Positions 10,673-21,142 of a stretch of 64,000 nucleotides of DNA are shown here, in pieces (positions within the stretch are counted from its first letter, which is position 1; each line of letters starts with the position of its first letter). Below the pieces are notes generated by a model that was given only the letters and a program-made list of their open reading frames with translations, had not been told where the DNA came from and did no database searches. Source of the DNA: an uncultured Gemmatimonadales bacterium (GTDB lineage: Bacteria; Gemmatimonadota; Gemmatimonadetes; Gemmatimonadales; GWC2-71-9); the NCBI GenBank assembly GCA_963728915.1, contig CAVSLV010000001.1, positions 1,440,001-1,504,000 on the forward strand, written 5' to 3'. A program made the translations under genes and the position numbers.

Positions 10673-11238
10673 CAATCTTCGACGTCGGCGAGCGCCCGTC
10701 GGAGCCGATCGTGGTCGACCGAGCCGGCCGCGGGGCTTCGCGCGGCCGAGGCAGCATCGGGGGTCGCCATCCGCCGGCTTCGCCGCACCAGCACCCAGGC
10801 GAGGGCCAGGGCGACCAACGCAATCACGATACTGGGGACCAGATATCCGGCCAGGTTGAATCCGACCGGCTTCGGGGCCATGAGGATGCTCTCGCCGTAT
10901 TTGGCGACGAAGGCATCGACGATCTGCTCGTCGTTGCGACCCGCCCTTCGGAGGGCCAGCACCTCCTGGTGCAGCGCGGGCGAATAGGTGCAGGTGAAAT
11001 CGGTGGTCCGGCAGGTATAGATATCGAGATTGCAGCCGCACGTGCACTTGAGCCGGTGCTCCAGCGCCTTGATCCCGGCGTCGTTGTCCAGCGCAGTGAC
11101 CGGGGCGTGTTCCTGCACGACCGAAGGATCGTAGAGGGGGTCGGCCTGCTGTGCGGGGCCAGAAGGGCCGGGTTGGCCCGACTGGCCGGCCGGGCCAGAG
11201 GGGCCGGAGCCCAGGCGGAGGAAGCTGCGGCGGTTCAT
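10672..11238 (-). CDS. ccmH: Cytochrome c biogenesis protein CcmH/CcmL-like
   Basis: LEHRLKCTCGC..., IVDAFVAKYGESILMAP, C-terminal TM; directly downstream of ccmF. Confidence 0.85.
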   Translation of the reverse strand: MNRRSFLRLGSGPSGPAGQSGQPGPSGPAQQADPLYDPSVVQEHAPVTALDNDAGIKALEHRLKCTCGCNLDIYTCRTTDFTCTYSPALHQEVLALRRAGRNDEQIVDAFVAKYGESILMAPKPVGFNLAGYLVPSIVIALVALALAWVLVRRSRRMATPDAASAARSPAAGSVDHDRLRRALADVED

Positions 11239-13278
11239 TCCGCTCCGCTCCCGACCAGGGCCGCTTCATAACCCGCTTGCGCCTCGCTCCGCCGGCGTGG
11301 CGCCGACCTGGGGCCCGCCGGGCCACATCGTGATGATCCCGCCGAGGATCAGGATTCCCCCGCCCGTCCAGACCCACATCACCAGCGGGATTAATGGTGA
11401 TGGCGTAGGTCGCCTGGTCGGTCCCGCCCACCGTCCCGGCGTACACGACGTAGAGATCCTCCTCGGCGTTGCTCCGGATCGCCACCTCGGTGGACGGCTC
11501 GAAGGTCGGACGGCCGAAGCTGTCCAGGTGCTGGCGCTTCTCCGAGGTGATCCGCCCCGCCGGTTTGCCGTCTTTCTTCACTTCGAGCGAAGCCGCCGAC
11601 ACGAACCGGTTGAGCTGCGGGATACTGGGATACGCCCAGGTGGGTGAGCGTGTAGGTGTGTCCGTAGGGACTCCGGATCTCGGTGCTCTCACCCGGGCAC
11701 CAGGGTGACCTCCCGGGTGACCCGGAAGGCCATCCCGGCAAACGCGGAGATGTAGACGAGAAATCCGACGTGGACGATGTACCCGCCGTATCGCCGGCGA
11801 TTCCGCCCGATCAGGTGGGCCAGGCCCTCCAGCACGGATTCGCCGTGGATGCGGCGCCGAGCCCGGACCCCGCGCCAGAACTCCTGGACCACGGTCCCGG
11901 CCACGAAGCCGGCCAGGCCCCACGCCATCAGGGGATAGAGGCGCCGGATCCCCAGCGCGAAGAGCACCAGAGCCACCGTGAGCGCCGGTGGTCACCGGGG
12001 CGACGAACTGGCGCCGGAGATTCTCGGGGCTCGCCTTCCGCCAGGCGATCAGGGGGCCGATCCCGGTGAGCAGCACCAGGAAGAGGCCGAGGGGAATGTT
12101 CACCCGGTTGAAGAACGGGTGGCCCAACCGTGATCTTGGTTCCCCGCACCGCCTCGGAGATGATCGGGAACAGCGTCCCCCAGAGGACCGAAAACGCGAT
12201 CCCGACCAGCGCAAGATTGTTGAAGAGGAAGGCGGCTTCCCGACTCGCCAGCGATTCGAGCTGGGCCTCGGGTTCGAGGAAGGGCCAGCGTGCGTAGAGC
12301 AGCGTGAAAGACAGGATCCCGGCCACCAGCAGGAACGCCACGAAGAAATAGCCCGACGCTCGACTGGGTGAAGCTGTGGACGCTCGCGATCACCCCGCTC
12401 CGGGTGATGAAGGTGCCGAAGATGCTGAGGAGAAAGGAGGCGACGATGAGCCCCACGTTCCAGCGCTTCAGCATGCCCCGCTTCTCCTGGATCATCACCG
12501 AATGCAGGAACGCGGTCATGGTGAGCCAGGGCAAGAGGCTCGCGTTCTCCACCGGATCCCAAGCCCAGTATCCACCCCAGCCCAGCTCGACGTAGGCCCA
12601 CCACATCCCCAGGGTGATGCCGGCGGACAGGAAGAGCCAGGAGAGGATCGTCCACTTCCGCATCGCGTGGATCCACCCGGTATCGAGCCGTTTGGAGAGC
12701 AGGGCCGCGATCGCGAAGGCGAACGGGATGGTGATGCTGATGTACCCCAGGTAGAGCATCGGAGGATGGATGGTCATCCCCGGGTTCTGAAGCTGGGGAT
12801 TGAGGCCACGACCGTCCTCGGGCGTAAAGGGCAATCGCGCGAACGGATTCGCCGAGAACAGCATGGTGATCACGAAGAACAGCACGACCAGATTGGTGAT
12901 TCCCGCGACGTAGGGGAGCAAGCCCTCGTGCCGGCGACTGGTCGCGCTCTGGGCCAGGGCGCCGAAGATCGAGAGAATGGTCGCCCAGAACAGCAGACTC
13001 CCCTTCTGGCCCGCCCAGAAGGCGGCGAATACGTAGGACAGGGGGAGGTTGCGGGAGGTGTACTGCGCCACGTACTCGATGTTGAAGTCGTGGCTCAGGA
13101 GGCCCTTCCAGAGGCAGAGCGCGGCGACCGCGAGGGCGGCCAACACCGCGTAGGTCGAGCGGGTAATGGAACGGGCCAGGTCGGGGCGATCTCGCCAGTT
13201 GGACAGAAACGCGAGACCAGCGCCCCACCCGGCGGTCAGCGCGGCAAGCCAGAGACTGAATTGTCCGAGGAGTGTCAC
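11235..13278 (-). CDS. ccmF: Heme lyase CcmF (multiple frameshifts in the 3' half)
   Basis: WAYVELGWGGYWAWDPVENASLLPWL, TRSGVIASVHSF, RRYGGYIVHVG, PSTEVAIRS. Confidence 0.95.
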
Positions 13279-13697
13279 GACCGTTTGCTGTTCTTGAGCT
13301 CCGCTTCATAGCGCGAACCGCACTTGGCGAGCACCTCGGTCGCATGGAAGACCCCATCGCGACCGTACTTGCCCTCGACGATCACTTCGATATTGCTGGC
13401 GTCAGTGAAGGTGTCCGGAATCAATCCACTATAGGTCACCGGAAATTCGTGGGCCCCGTCGCTGACCCGGAAATCGATGGTACGGGAGTTGGGGTCCCGC
13501 CGCACCGACCCGGGCACCACCTTGGCCCCCACCTTGAGGCCAACGTCGTGGAAGCTCGGGTCTTTCTGGGTCCGATCCAGCAGCTCGGTGGGGCTCAGGA
13601 AGTACACCCCGGTTTCCTTGACCCCGGAAGCAATCAACCCTCCGACGCCGAGGATGATCACCGAGGCGCCCAGAATGAACTTGGTGCCGGCCTTCAT
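13275..13697 (-). CDS. ccmE: Heme chaperone CcmE, CxxxY (System I*) type
   Basis: N-terminal TM; Y.GLIPDTF; VIVEG; heme-binding LAKCGSRY. Confidence 0.92.
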   Translation of the reverse strand: MKAGTKFILGASVIILGVGGLIASGVKETGVYFLSPTELLDRTQKDPSFHDVGLKVGAKVVPGSVRRDPNSRTIDFRVSDGAHEFPVTYSGLIPDTFTDASNIEVIVEGKYGRDGVFHATEVLAKCGSRYEAELKNSKRS

Positions 13698-13875
13698 CTC
13701 AGTTCCTCCAAGCCTTCAAGATAGTGCGGGCAAAGGGGATGGTCCATAAAGATTTCGTTAAGTCCATATGAAAGGGATTTCCGCTTGCCTTCCACTTTGA
13801 TAAACTTGCGGAGGGCAGTTTCTTTCGGCAGTAGACGGATCGCGAACCTGACACTTGCGTTCAGGAGGAATGGCG

Positions 13876-15441
13876 ATGGCCGGATCGAACGTTTGGCGTC
13901 ATCGGGCTCCAATGATGGCGCTGGTGGTCTTTGCCACCGGATTGCTGGCCTCCTGCACCAAGACAGAAATCGTGTACCGGGACCGGGAGCCCTTCAATCC
14001 CGCTCCCGATGCGGCCAGCGGGCTGCTCGGCTACTACACCTTTGCCAGCAAGCAAACCACCTGCGGCAACTGCCACGTCGGGCACCAGGCCGATTGGGCC
14101 CAGACCCATCACGCCGATGCCTACGCGACCCTGCTGGCAAGCGGCCACGCTGCACCGAGCTGCGAGGGTTGTCACACCGTCAATGAGCGGGGGAATCGGC
14201 TGACCGCCGCCGCCGGATGGAATGTCAAGCCGGACAGCGCCTACAAGGACGTCCAGTGCGAGAGCTGCCACGGCCCGGGTACCGCGCACGTGATGGCTCC
14301 CGAAGACCGGACCAAGTGGCCCCTGGCCCGGCTCACCCTGACCGACAGCGGCGCCAGCTGCGCGGCCTGCCACACCGGAGTGCACGAGCCGTTCACCGAA
14401 GAGTGGTCCCAGAGCGGACATGCCCAGATCGTGACGGCGGCGGTCAACAACGCCAGCGCCGAGTGTAAGAATTGCCACGATGGCAAGACCGTCCTCCAGG
14501 CGTGGGGCGTGACCACGAACTACGTGGAGAAAGACTCGACGATCTTCGCGGCGACGACCTGTGCGGTCTGCCATAACCCGCACGGATCGGAGAACGATCA
14601 CATGCTCCGGTTCCCGATCAACACGCCGGATCCCGACCGGAACCTCTGCATGAAGTGCCACCTTCGGAAGGGCGAGCCCTCGACCGGATCCCGGGGCGGC
14701 ACCCCGCACGCTCCCCAGGGCTTCGTGGTGCTGGGGATCGGTGGGTACCGGCCGACCGGAGTCGCCATCGACACCCTGATCGGGCTGACCACTCATGCCA
14801 GCCTGGCCAATCCCCGGCTCTGCGCCGGATGCCACGTCAACGCCACCGACGTCACCGATCCGAACACGGGGAGTTTCGTCTTTCACTCGACCGGCCACCT
14901 GTTCCGGCCGATCCCGTGCCTGGATGCCCAGGGCAGGCCGATCGCCGACAACAGCTGCGCCTACAGCCCGCCGGCCCGGAGCTTCAAGGCCTGCGTGGCC
15001 TCCGGATGTCACAACACCGAAGCGATCGCGGCGGGTCGGCTCGCCGGAGCCCGTTCCGATATCGAGAACCTGGCGGCGCAGATCTGGATTGACGGAAACC
15101 ACAACGAGAGCATCGATCCCCCGCCGACCGATGGGGGGTACCTCGCCATCATCAAGCGCGACCGGCCTGCCGAGCTGTCCGGAACCACCATTACACCGGC
15201 GCTGGGCGCGCAGTTCAACGTGAACACCTTCGCGGAACGCTACTCGAACGGAGACAAGTCCCTCGGGGTGCACAACCCCTTCCTCGCCCGGGCGCTGCTG
15301 GCCGCGGACATCAACGAGCTCCGGACCGCCTACGGCCTGCCGGCTCCGCCGGCTTCGGTCCAGGCGCTGGTCACCAGAGCGATCGAGGATGCGGTGCGAA
15401 GACAGCCTAACTTCTATCGGGCTCCAGGGGTCCTGAAGTAG
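13876..15441 (+). CDS. Multiheme c-type cytochrome lipoprotein (8 CxxCH + 1 Cx4CH)
   Basis: RBS AGGAGG; lipobox LLASC; motifs counted by eye; C-terminal DKSLGVHNP. Confidence 0.9.
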   Translation: MAGSNVWRHRAPMMALVVFATGLLASCTKTEIVYRDREPFNPAPDAASGLLGYYTFASKQTTCGNCHVGHQADWAQTHHADAYATLLASGHAAPSCEGCHTVNERGNRLTAAAGWNVKPDSAYKDVQCESCHGPGTAHVMAPEDRTKWPLARLTLTDSGASCAACHTGVHEPFTEEWSQSGHAQIVTAAVNNASAECKNCHDGKTVLQAWGVTTNYVEKDSTIFAATTCAVCHNPHGSENDHMLRFPINTPDPDRNLCMKCHLRKGEPSTGSRGGTPHAPQGFVVLGIGGYRPTGVAIDTLIGLTTHASLANPRLCAGCHVNATDVTDPNTGSFVFHSTGHLFRPIPCLDAQGRPIADNSCAYSPPARSFKACVASGCHNTEAIAAGRLAGARSDIENLAAQIWIDGNHNESIDPPPTDGGYLAIIKRDRPAELSGTTITPALGAQFNVNTFAERYSNGDKSLGVHNPFLARALLAADINELRTAYGLPAPPASVQALVTRAIEDAVRRQPNFYRAPGVLK

Positions 15442-15450
15442 ATTCTCCGC

Positions 15451-17415
15451 GTGCAGCTTCAGGCCGCGGACACGCTCGGCGCCGCCGCCGGCGCCATCCA
15501 TGACACGCTGACTCCGCCCCCGCTTCCGGGCGGAGTCGCGACGCTCTTCCGATTTCTCTTCCAGGTTCCCCAGTGGATCCAGATCGCGGGGGCCGCGGTC
15601 GGCCTCGCGGTCGTCGCCTTCGTGCTGGTGCTGATCTGGCGGCGGCGACTCGGGATCCTCACCTGGCTCCGTACCCGAACCCGTCAGGTCCAGACCACCT
15701 TGGCTCTCGGGCTGCTGCTGGTCATCGCGGTCGCCGCGCTGGCCGGAATGAAGAGCTGGGACTACATGCAGCACGACAACGGGTTCTGTACGGGCTGTCA
15801 CATCATGGAGACTCCGTTCCAGCGCTTCGCGACCGGAGCGGGCAAGCACCAGAATCTCAAGTGCCATGACTGCCATCAGCAATCCCTCTTCGCGAGCATG
15901 CGGCAGCTGGTGCTCTGGGTGGCCGAACGCCCCGAGAAGATCGGCATGCATGCCCCGGTGCCGAATGCCCGGTGCGAGAGCTGCCACCAGAAAGGGATTG
16001 GGATGGTCGGCGGCCGGGAGCGCTGGGAGCACGTCCTGCGTCTGGCGGGACATCGAGTCCACTTCGAATCCGATTCCTCGGCCCTGGCAGGCCTGGCCTG
16101 TGTCAAGTGCCACGGCGCCGAGGTCCACAGGTTCATCCCCTCGACAAGGACCTGCCAACAGAGTGGGTGTCATGAGCAGCAGCCGGTCCGGCTCTCCCAC
16201 ATGGCCAAGCTGCCGGAAATCAGCTGCGTCACCTGCCACAACTTCACCGCCGACATTCCGGGCCTCGCCACCCGGGATTCGGCGGTCCGGGCCCTGGTGC
16301 CGTCCCGGGAACAATGCCAGAGCTGTCACGCCATGCTGGCCAAGCCTCCGGGTTATGTCGCCGCCAGGGACCCCCATCACGGTTCCTGCGGATCCTGCCA
16401 CGACGTGCACACCGACGTGGTGCCCGCGGACGCCCGAGGCTCCTGCCAGAAGTGTCACACCAATGTGGCGCAGAACGCCTTTCACAGCGGCGCCAACCAC
16501 CGGCGGATCCAGGACCAGTGCCTCACCTGTCACCAGCCGCACGCCGCCTCGGTAGACCCGTCGGACTGCGTGGGCTGCCATCAGGACGTGCGTCGCCGGG
16601 GCCTGTTCCATCCCCCGGTGCCGTTCGATACCGGAGCGGTGCTCCGGCACCGCCCCCCGGCCGTCGGCGCCGCGACCCAGGACGCTTCCTGGTCGTATCG
16701 CCACCAGGCTCGGGGGCCGAGTGCCGACGAGGAGGAGATCTCGACCGACCTCCCGCCGGTTCGTGCGTCGCCGGCGCCCGTCACCGCGGTCCCCGCCGAT
16801 TCGTTTTCGCATGCCCGTCACAAATCCCTGCCCTGTCTCACCTGTCATGTCGTCAATCGTCCCGGAGCCGGACTGGTCTTCCAGGTTCCGCGCGGGTGCG
16901 ACTTGTGCCACCATCAGCGGATCGTGGCGGGAAAGGTCGAACCCCAGGACTGCACCAGGTGCCATCAGCCCGAGACGATCAACGCCGCCAAGGAAGAGGA
17001 GGTGCGGGTTGCCGCCGGCAGCCGCCCCGCCACCGCCCGCCTGGTGCCGTTCCGGCATGATCGGCACGAGCGCCTCGCCTGCGCCGACTGTCACCGTCCG
17101 CCCAGCGCGGCCCCTCCGGACAGCGTGCGCACCTGTACCGCGTGTCACGACCAGCACCACGCCGAGGGAAGGGACTGTGGCACCTGCCACAACCGGGAAG
17201 AAACTGCGCCGGCCCATCGGCGCAGCGATCACCTGAATTGCGCGGCGTGCCACCAGGCGGCGACCATCGCCGAGCTGGTCCCGACCCGGACGTTCTGCCT
17301 CACCTGCCATGCGAAAGAGCGGGATCATCAGCCAGGCGACGAGTGCACCACCTGCCATTTTCTCGAGACTCCGGCCCAGTTCCGCCGGCATCTGGTCGGG
17401 GGGCCCGGCCGATGA
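15451..17415 (+). CDS. Inner-membrane-anchored multiheme cytochrome c (19 CxxCH + 1 Cx4CH) with a NapC/NirT-like N-terminal domain
   Basis: Two TM helices, then WDYMQHDNGFCTGCHIM...CHDCH; heme motifs continue to the C-terminus. Confidence 0.9.
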   Translation: MQLQAADTLGAAAGAIHDTLTPPPLPGGVATLFRFLFQVPQWIQIAGAAVGLAVVAFVLVLIWRRRLGILTWLRTRTRQVQTTLALGLLLVIAVAALAGMKSWDYMQHDNGFCTGCHIMETPFQRFATGAGKHQNLKCHDCHQQSLFASMRQLVLWVAERPEKIGMHAPVPNARCESCHQKGIGMVGGRERWEHVLRLAGHRVHFESDSSALAGLACVKCHGAEVHRFIPSTRTCQQSGCHEQQPVRLSHMAKLPEISCVTCHNFTADIPGLATRDSAVRALVPSREQCQSCHAMLAKPPGYVAARDPHHGSCGSCHDVHTDVVPADARGSCQKCHTNVAQNAFHSGANHRRIQDQCLTCHQPHAASVDPSDCVGCHQDVRRRGLFHPPVPFDTGAVLRHRPPAVGAATQDASWSYRHQARGPSADEEEISTDLPPVRASPAPVTAVPADSFSHARHKSLPCLTCHVVNRPGAGLVFQVPRGCDLCHHQRIVAGKVEPQDCTRCHQPETINAAKEEEVRVAAGSRPATARLVPFRHDRHERLACADCHRPPSAAPPDSVRTCTACHDQHHAEGRDCGTCHNREETAPAHRRSDHLNCAACHQAATIAELVPTRTFCLTCHAKERDHQPGDECTTCHFLETPAQFRRHLVGGPGR

Positions 17416-18934
17416 GGTCGGAACGACGGCGGGGAACGCGGGTTAGGGCACTTGCCCTGACGATGCTGACCCTCGGGGGGGGACGCTGGCTCCCCCGCTG
17501 GCGGCCCAGTCCTGGCGGCTCCGCTTCGAGAGCTCGGCCCAGCGGGTCGCGTTTCGCGGATTGACAGCCGACAGCGTTCCACAGAGTCAGGTCACCACCG
17601 GGCCCGATGGGGGCCCGGTTTCGCCCGATGGCTTCGCGGTGAGCTGCGGATTCGACACCTACTGCCGCTTCTATCGCCCCGGTCCGGTGGAACAGGGGCT
17701 GCCCGCATCCGCCAGTACCGATCTCACGATGTGGGGACTCGGGGTGCCGGGCCTGAGTCTCCGGGTGAGCGCGAGAGTGCTGGGGGATCTGACCGGTGAC
17801 CGGGTCTGGCCGGGCACCTCGCCGACCTTCCGCCTGATCGAGGGCTACGCGGAATACGTCCGGGGAGGACTCACGGCACGGGCGGGCCGGTTCATCGATG
17901 TGAGCCGGCTGGGCAGCTCCGGGGGAGGCCTGGATGGCGGAAGGGCGAGCTGGCGGTTTGGACGGCTGGGGCTCGAGACCGGTGGATACCTTGGTTGGGG
18001 CTTCGCCCGAGGCACCGTTCTCTCGATCACGAGCCCCGCGGTGAACCCCCTGGCGGAGTATCGCCCCGACAATCGACAGATTGTCGCGGGAGCCTTCGCG
18101 AGCTGGAGGTATTCCCCGGTCGATGCCCAGATCGAGTACCGCCGGGAAGTCGACCCGGAAACCGACTACTTCGTTTCCGAGCGGGCGGCGCTGAGCGTCG
18201 CGGTTGCTCCAGGACGAGGGGTTCGAATCGCCGCGGGCGCAGACCGCGATCTTGCCCAGGGGGTCTGGGGCAACGCGGACCTTACAGTCTCCTACACCGG
18301 CCGGAACCTCTGGGCCACCGCGTCGGCCAGACAGTACCGGCCTTTCTTCGATCTCTGGACCGTGTGGGGGGTGTTCAGCCCGGTTCCCTACCGTTCGGTG
18401 AGCGGCTCCCTCGCGGGCCGGCCCATCTCCCGGCTTCAACTTCGGGGGAGGCTGGAATGGTTCGGCTACCAGGACACGGAAACCAGCACTCCGACCGTGA
18501 CGGTTCGCGACGAGGGATGGCGCTGGGGACTGGAGGGAACCTTCGAGGCGAACCCTCGCTGGACGTTCGAGAGCACCTTCCATGACGAGCGGGAATACGG
18601 GGCTTCTTCCCAGGGAATCGACGGGACGATACGATGGAAACCGAGATCCAATCTCGACCTCTCGCTCGCGGGCGGGCGCCTGGTGCGTCCCCTCGAGCTG
18701 CGCTTCCAGGATGCCGCGCTCGACTGGATCGGCGCCGCCGCGGAGTGGCGCTCGGGGGACCGCTGGCGACTGGGGTTGAACGTCGACCGTTACTGGGACG
18801 CGCGTAACCGCCCCGACCCCGCCGGGTTCGACTGGAACCAGTGGCGACTCAGCGCCCGCATCGCCCTGGTGCTTCGATCCGATGCCGACCGGTGGGTGCT
18901 GCCACCGGCCCGCCGCGAGGGGACTGCTCCATGA
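17412..18934 (+). CDS. Outer-membrane beta-barrel (porin of a porin-cytochrome complex); frameshift in the G-run near 17475-17482
   Basis: ATGA overlap; signal peptide ...LAPPLAAQ after frame correction; alternating aromatic/Gly beta-strand pattern; no heme motif; lies between multiheme genes. Confidence 0.75.
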
Positions 18935-20376
18935 TCGCGCTCCGGCCGGCGTTGCTCGCGAGCGGAGCGAGTGTGCTCATGGTGCTCGGCGCCCGGCTTC
19001 ACCAGGGCTCGCCGCCCGCATTCGATCACGCCAAACACGCGCGAGTCTTCGTCGCGTGTTCCACGTGTCACGCCGGCATCGGGGGCGGGCCCGGGTCGGT
19101 CATGCCCACGCCTCAGAGCTGTGCGGCATGTCACGACGGGACGACCGAGCGCCGGGTGAGCTGGTCGCCCCGCGCCGGACCGCGGATCTCCAATCTTCGG
19201 TTCGACCATCAGCGCCACACCGCCTTCCGGGGGCAGCGGGGTGATACCTCGACCTCCTGCGCCGACTGTCACACCGACCAGGGAGGTCAGTGGATGCGGG
19301 TGCGAGGTCCGAGCGCGCCCCAGTGCCTCGGCTGCCACGTTCCCGGCGGCCCGCCTCACCTGGCAGCTCCCGATTCGGCCTGCACCACCTGCCACCTGAC
19401 GCTGCCGCAGGCAACCACGCTTCCCCCGGACCGCATCGCCAGATTCCCTGCCCCCCCCAGCCACAACGCCGGTGGGTTCATGGAGCCGGGGGGACATGGA
19501 TCCCTTGCGAAGCGAGGACCCGGCACGGTCGCGGCGAGCTGCGCGGTGTGCCATGCGAGAGACTTCTGCGCATCGTGTCACGTGGATGCGCCGGAAACCG
19601 CCCCGATTCAGGCGCTGGCCCCCGATGCGCGGTCGCTCGCGATCCCCCATTCACTCGCGGCACCGGCTTCGCACGCGTCGCCGGACTTCGAGACCGCGCA
19701 CGGAAAGCTCGCCGCCCGAAAGGACGCGAGCTGCCGGACCTGTCATACCCAGGAGAGCTGCACGGCATGCCATCAGGGGTCGCCACCCGGGACCGTTCTC
19801 GCGCTGTATCACGCCGGGCCGGGACGCGGGGAAGGCGCGCCAACGGTTCGCCGAGCACCGGCAAGCCACGGCCCGGGATGGCGCAATGGACACGGCCCGT
19901 TCGCCTCCGCGGCGATGCGGAGCTGCACCACCTGCCATGTCCGAAGCGAGTGCCTCACCTGCCACATCCCGAATAGCACCACCCGGAATAACTATCACCC
20001 GGCGGGGTACCTCACCCGCCATCCGGCGGATGCCTACGCGCGATCAAGCTCCTGCGCGGACTGCCATAACACGGGAGAGTTCTGCCAGACCTGCCACGCC
20101 CAAGCCGGGCTCTCGGCGCGCCGCACCCTGCTGGGCGCCGGGGGGTACCACGACGGGAATCGCCAGTTCGTGTTCGGACACGGCCAAGCCGCCCGGCAGG
20201 GCCTCGAGAGCTGCGTGTCCTGTCATGTGGAGCGGGATTGCCTGACCTGTCACTCCGCGGTCCGGGGCCGGGGGTTCAGCCCCCACGGCCCCGGGTTCGA
20301 TCCGGAGCTCATGCTGCGAAAGAATCCGCAGCTCTGTATCGCCTGCCACGGGACGGCGATCCCGCGGCGGCCCTAG
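18931..20376 (+). CDS. Exported multiheme cytochrome c (16 CxxCH), cytochrome c3-like repeats
   Basis: Signal peptide; FDHAKH...CSTCH; 16 CxxCH counted. Confidence 0.9.
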   Translation: MIALRPALLASGASVLMVLGARLHQGSPPAFDHAKHARVFVACSTCHAGIGGGPGSVMPTPQSCAACHDGTTERRVSWSPRAGPRISNLRFDHQRHTAFRGQRGDTSTSCADCHTDQGGQWMRVRGPSAPQCLGCHVPGGPPHLAAPDSACTTCHLTLPQATTLPPDRIARFPAPPSHNAGGFMEPGGHGSLAKRGPGTVAASCAVCHARDFCASCHVDAPETAPIQALAPDARSLAIPHSLAAPASHASPDFETAHGKLAARKDASCRTCHTQESCTACHQGSPPGTVLALYHAGPGRGEGAPTVRRAPASHGPGWRNGHGPFASAAMRSCTTCHVRSECLTCHIPNSTTRNNYHPAGYLTRHPADAYARSSSCADCHNTGEFCQTCHAQAGLSARRTLLGAGGYHDGNRQFVFGHGQAARQGLESCVSCHVERDCLTCHSAVRGRGFSPHGPGFDPELMLRKNPQLCIACHGTAIPRRP

Positions 20377-20391
20377 AGGAACCGGGGGAGC

Positions 20392-21138
20392 TTACCGTGG
20401 AGTCCAATGGGGAGATCCGGAGAACAGCCCCTGCACCACGCCGATGCGCCAGGCCAGGAACAGGCCGAACCCGACGCTGATCACGCCCGACGCCAGCCGC
20501 AGCCCGTGACCGAGCCAGGTGAAGCGCCGCTCGGCGTACGCGAAGGGCGCGGCCACCACGAGCGTGATCAGCATCATCCCCACGATGGTGCCTAACCCGA
20601 AGACCACCAGGTAGAACACCGACCAGGCCGGATCCCGAATGGTGGTGAGCACCAGCAGCGCCACCGCGGCGGATCCCGCGAGCCCGTGCACGATCCCCAC
20701 GATCAGGGGGCGAGCCAGTTGATAGGCGCCGAACCGCCCGAGCTGCCGGTCGAGCCAGCCGAGGGAACCCTCTTCGTGGGCGCCCCGGTGCGCATGGCGA
20801 TGGAGGCCGGGGTCCTGGGGCACCATCGCTTCGCGGACCGGCCGGATAGCCGCTCGGACGCTCATGATTCCGAGCAGGACCAGCATCACCCCCACCGACA
20901 GCTCGAGGGAAAGCCCCACCCGGGCCGGGATGACCCAGCCGAGCAGCAGGATGCCGCTGCCGACCGCGAGAATGGTGAGGGTGTGGCCCACTCCCCAGAT
21001 GCCGCCGATGAGCGCGGCGCTTCGGGTGCTCCGGTGGCGGCTCACCAGGGTGGTGATCGCAACGACATGGTCGGGATCGGTGGCGTGACGCATCCCCAGG
21101 AAAAAACCCAGCCCCAGAATCGCCAGCAGTCCGCTCAT
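20392..21138 (-). CDS. High-affinity nickel transporter (NiCoT/UreH-like)
   Basis: LGMRHATDPDH, GVGHT, His-rich loop, GIVHGLAGS; last gene of the hyp operon. Confidence 0.88.
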   Translation of the reverse strand: MSGLLAILGLGFFLGMRHATDPDHVVAITTLVSRHRSTRSAALIGGIWGVGHTLTILAVGSGILLLGWVIPARVGLSLELSVGVMLVLLGIMSVRAAIRPVREAMVPQDPGLHRHAHRGAHEEGSLGWLDRQLGRFGAYQLARPLIVGIVHGLAGSAAVALLVLTTIRDPAWSVFYLVVFGLGTIVGMMLITLVVAAPFAYAERRFTWLGHGLRLASGVISVGFGLFLAWRIGVVQGLFSGSPHWTPR

Positions 21139-21142
21139 CGGT

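Noticed and set aside
10148..13357. 1069-aa ORF as a single fusion protein
   Set aside because: It is a chimera of off-frame sequence and frameshifted pieces of ccmF and the zinc-ribbon gene.
13700..13870. FNR box in the ccmE / cytochrome divergent promoter
   Set aside because: Only a TTGAT half-site; no matching ATCAA.
13861..17391. 1176-aa minus-strand ORF and other long antisense ORFs (e.g. 30210..32981, 38502..40136, 42225..43970)
   Set aside because: Shadow ORFs of high-GC genes; no motifs, and they overlap well-supported genes on the other strand.
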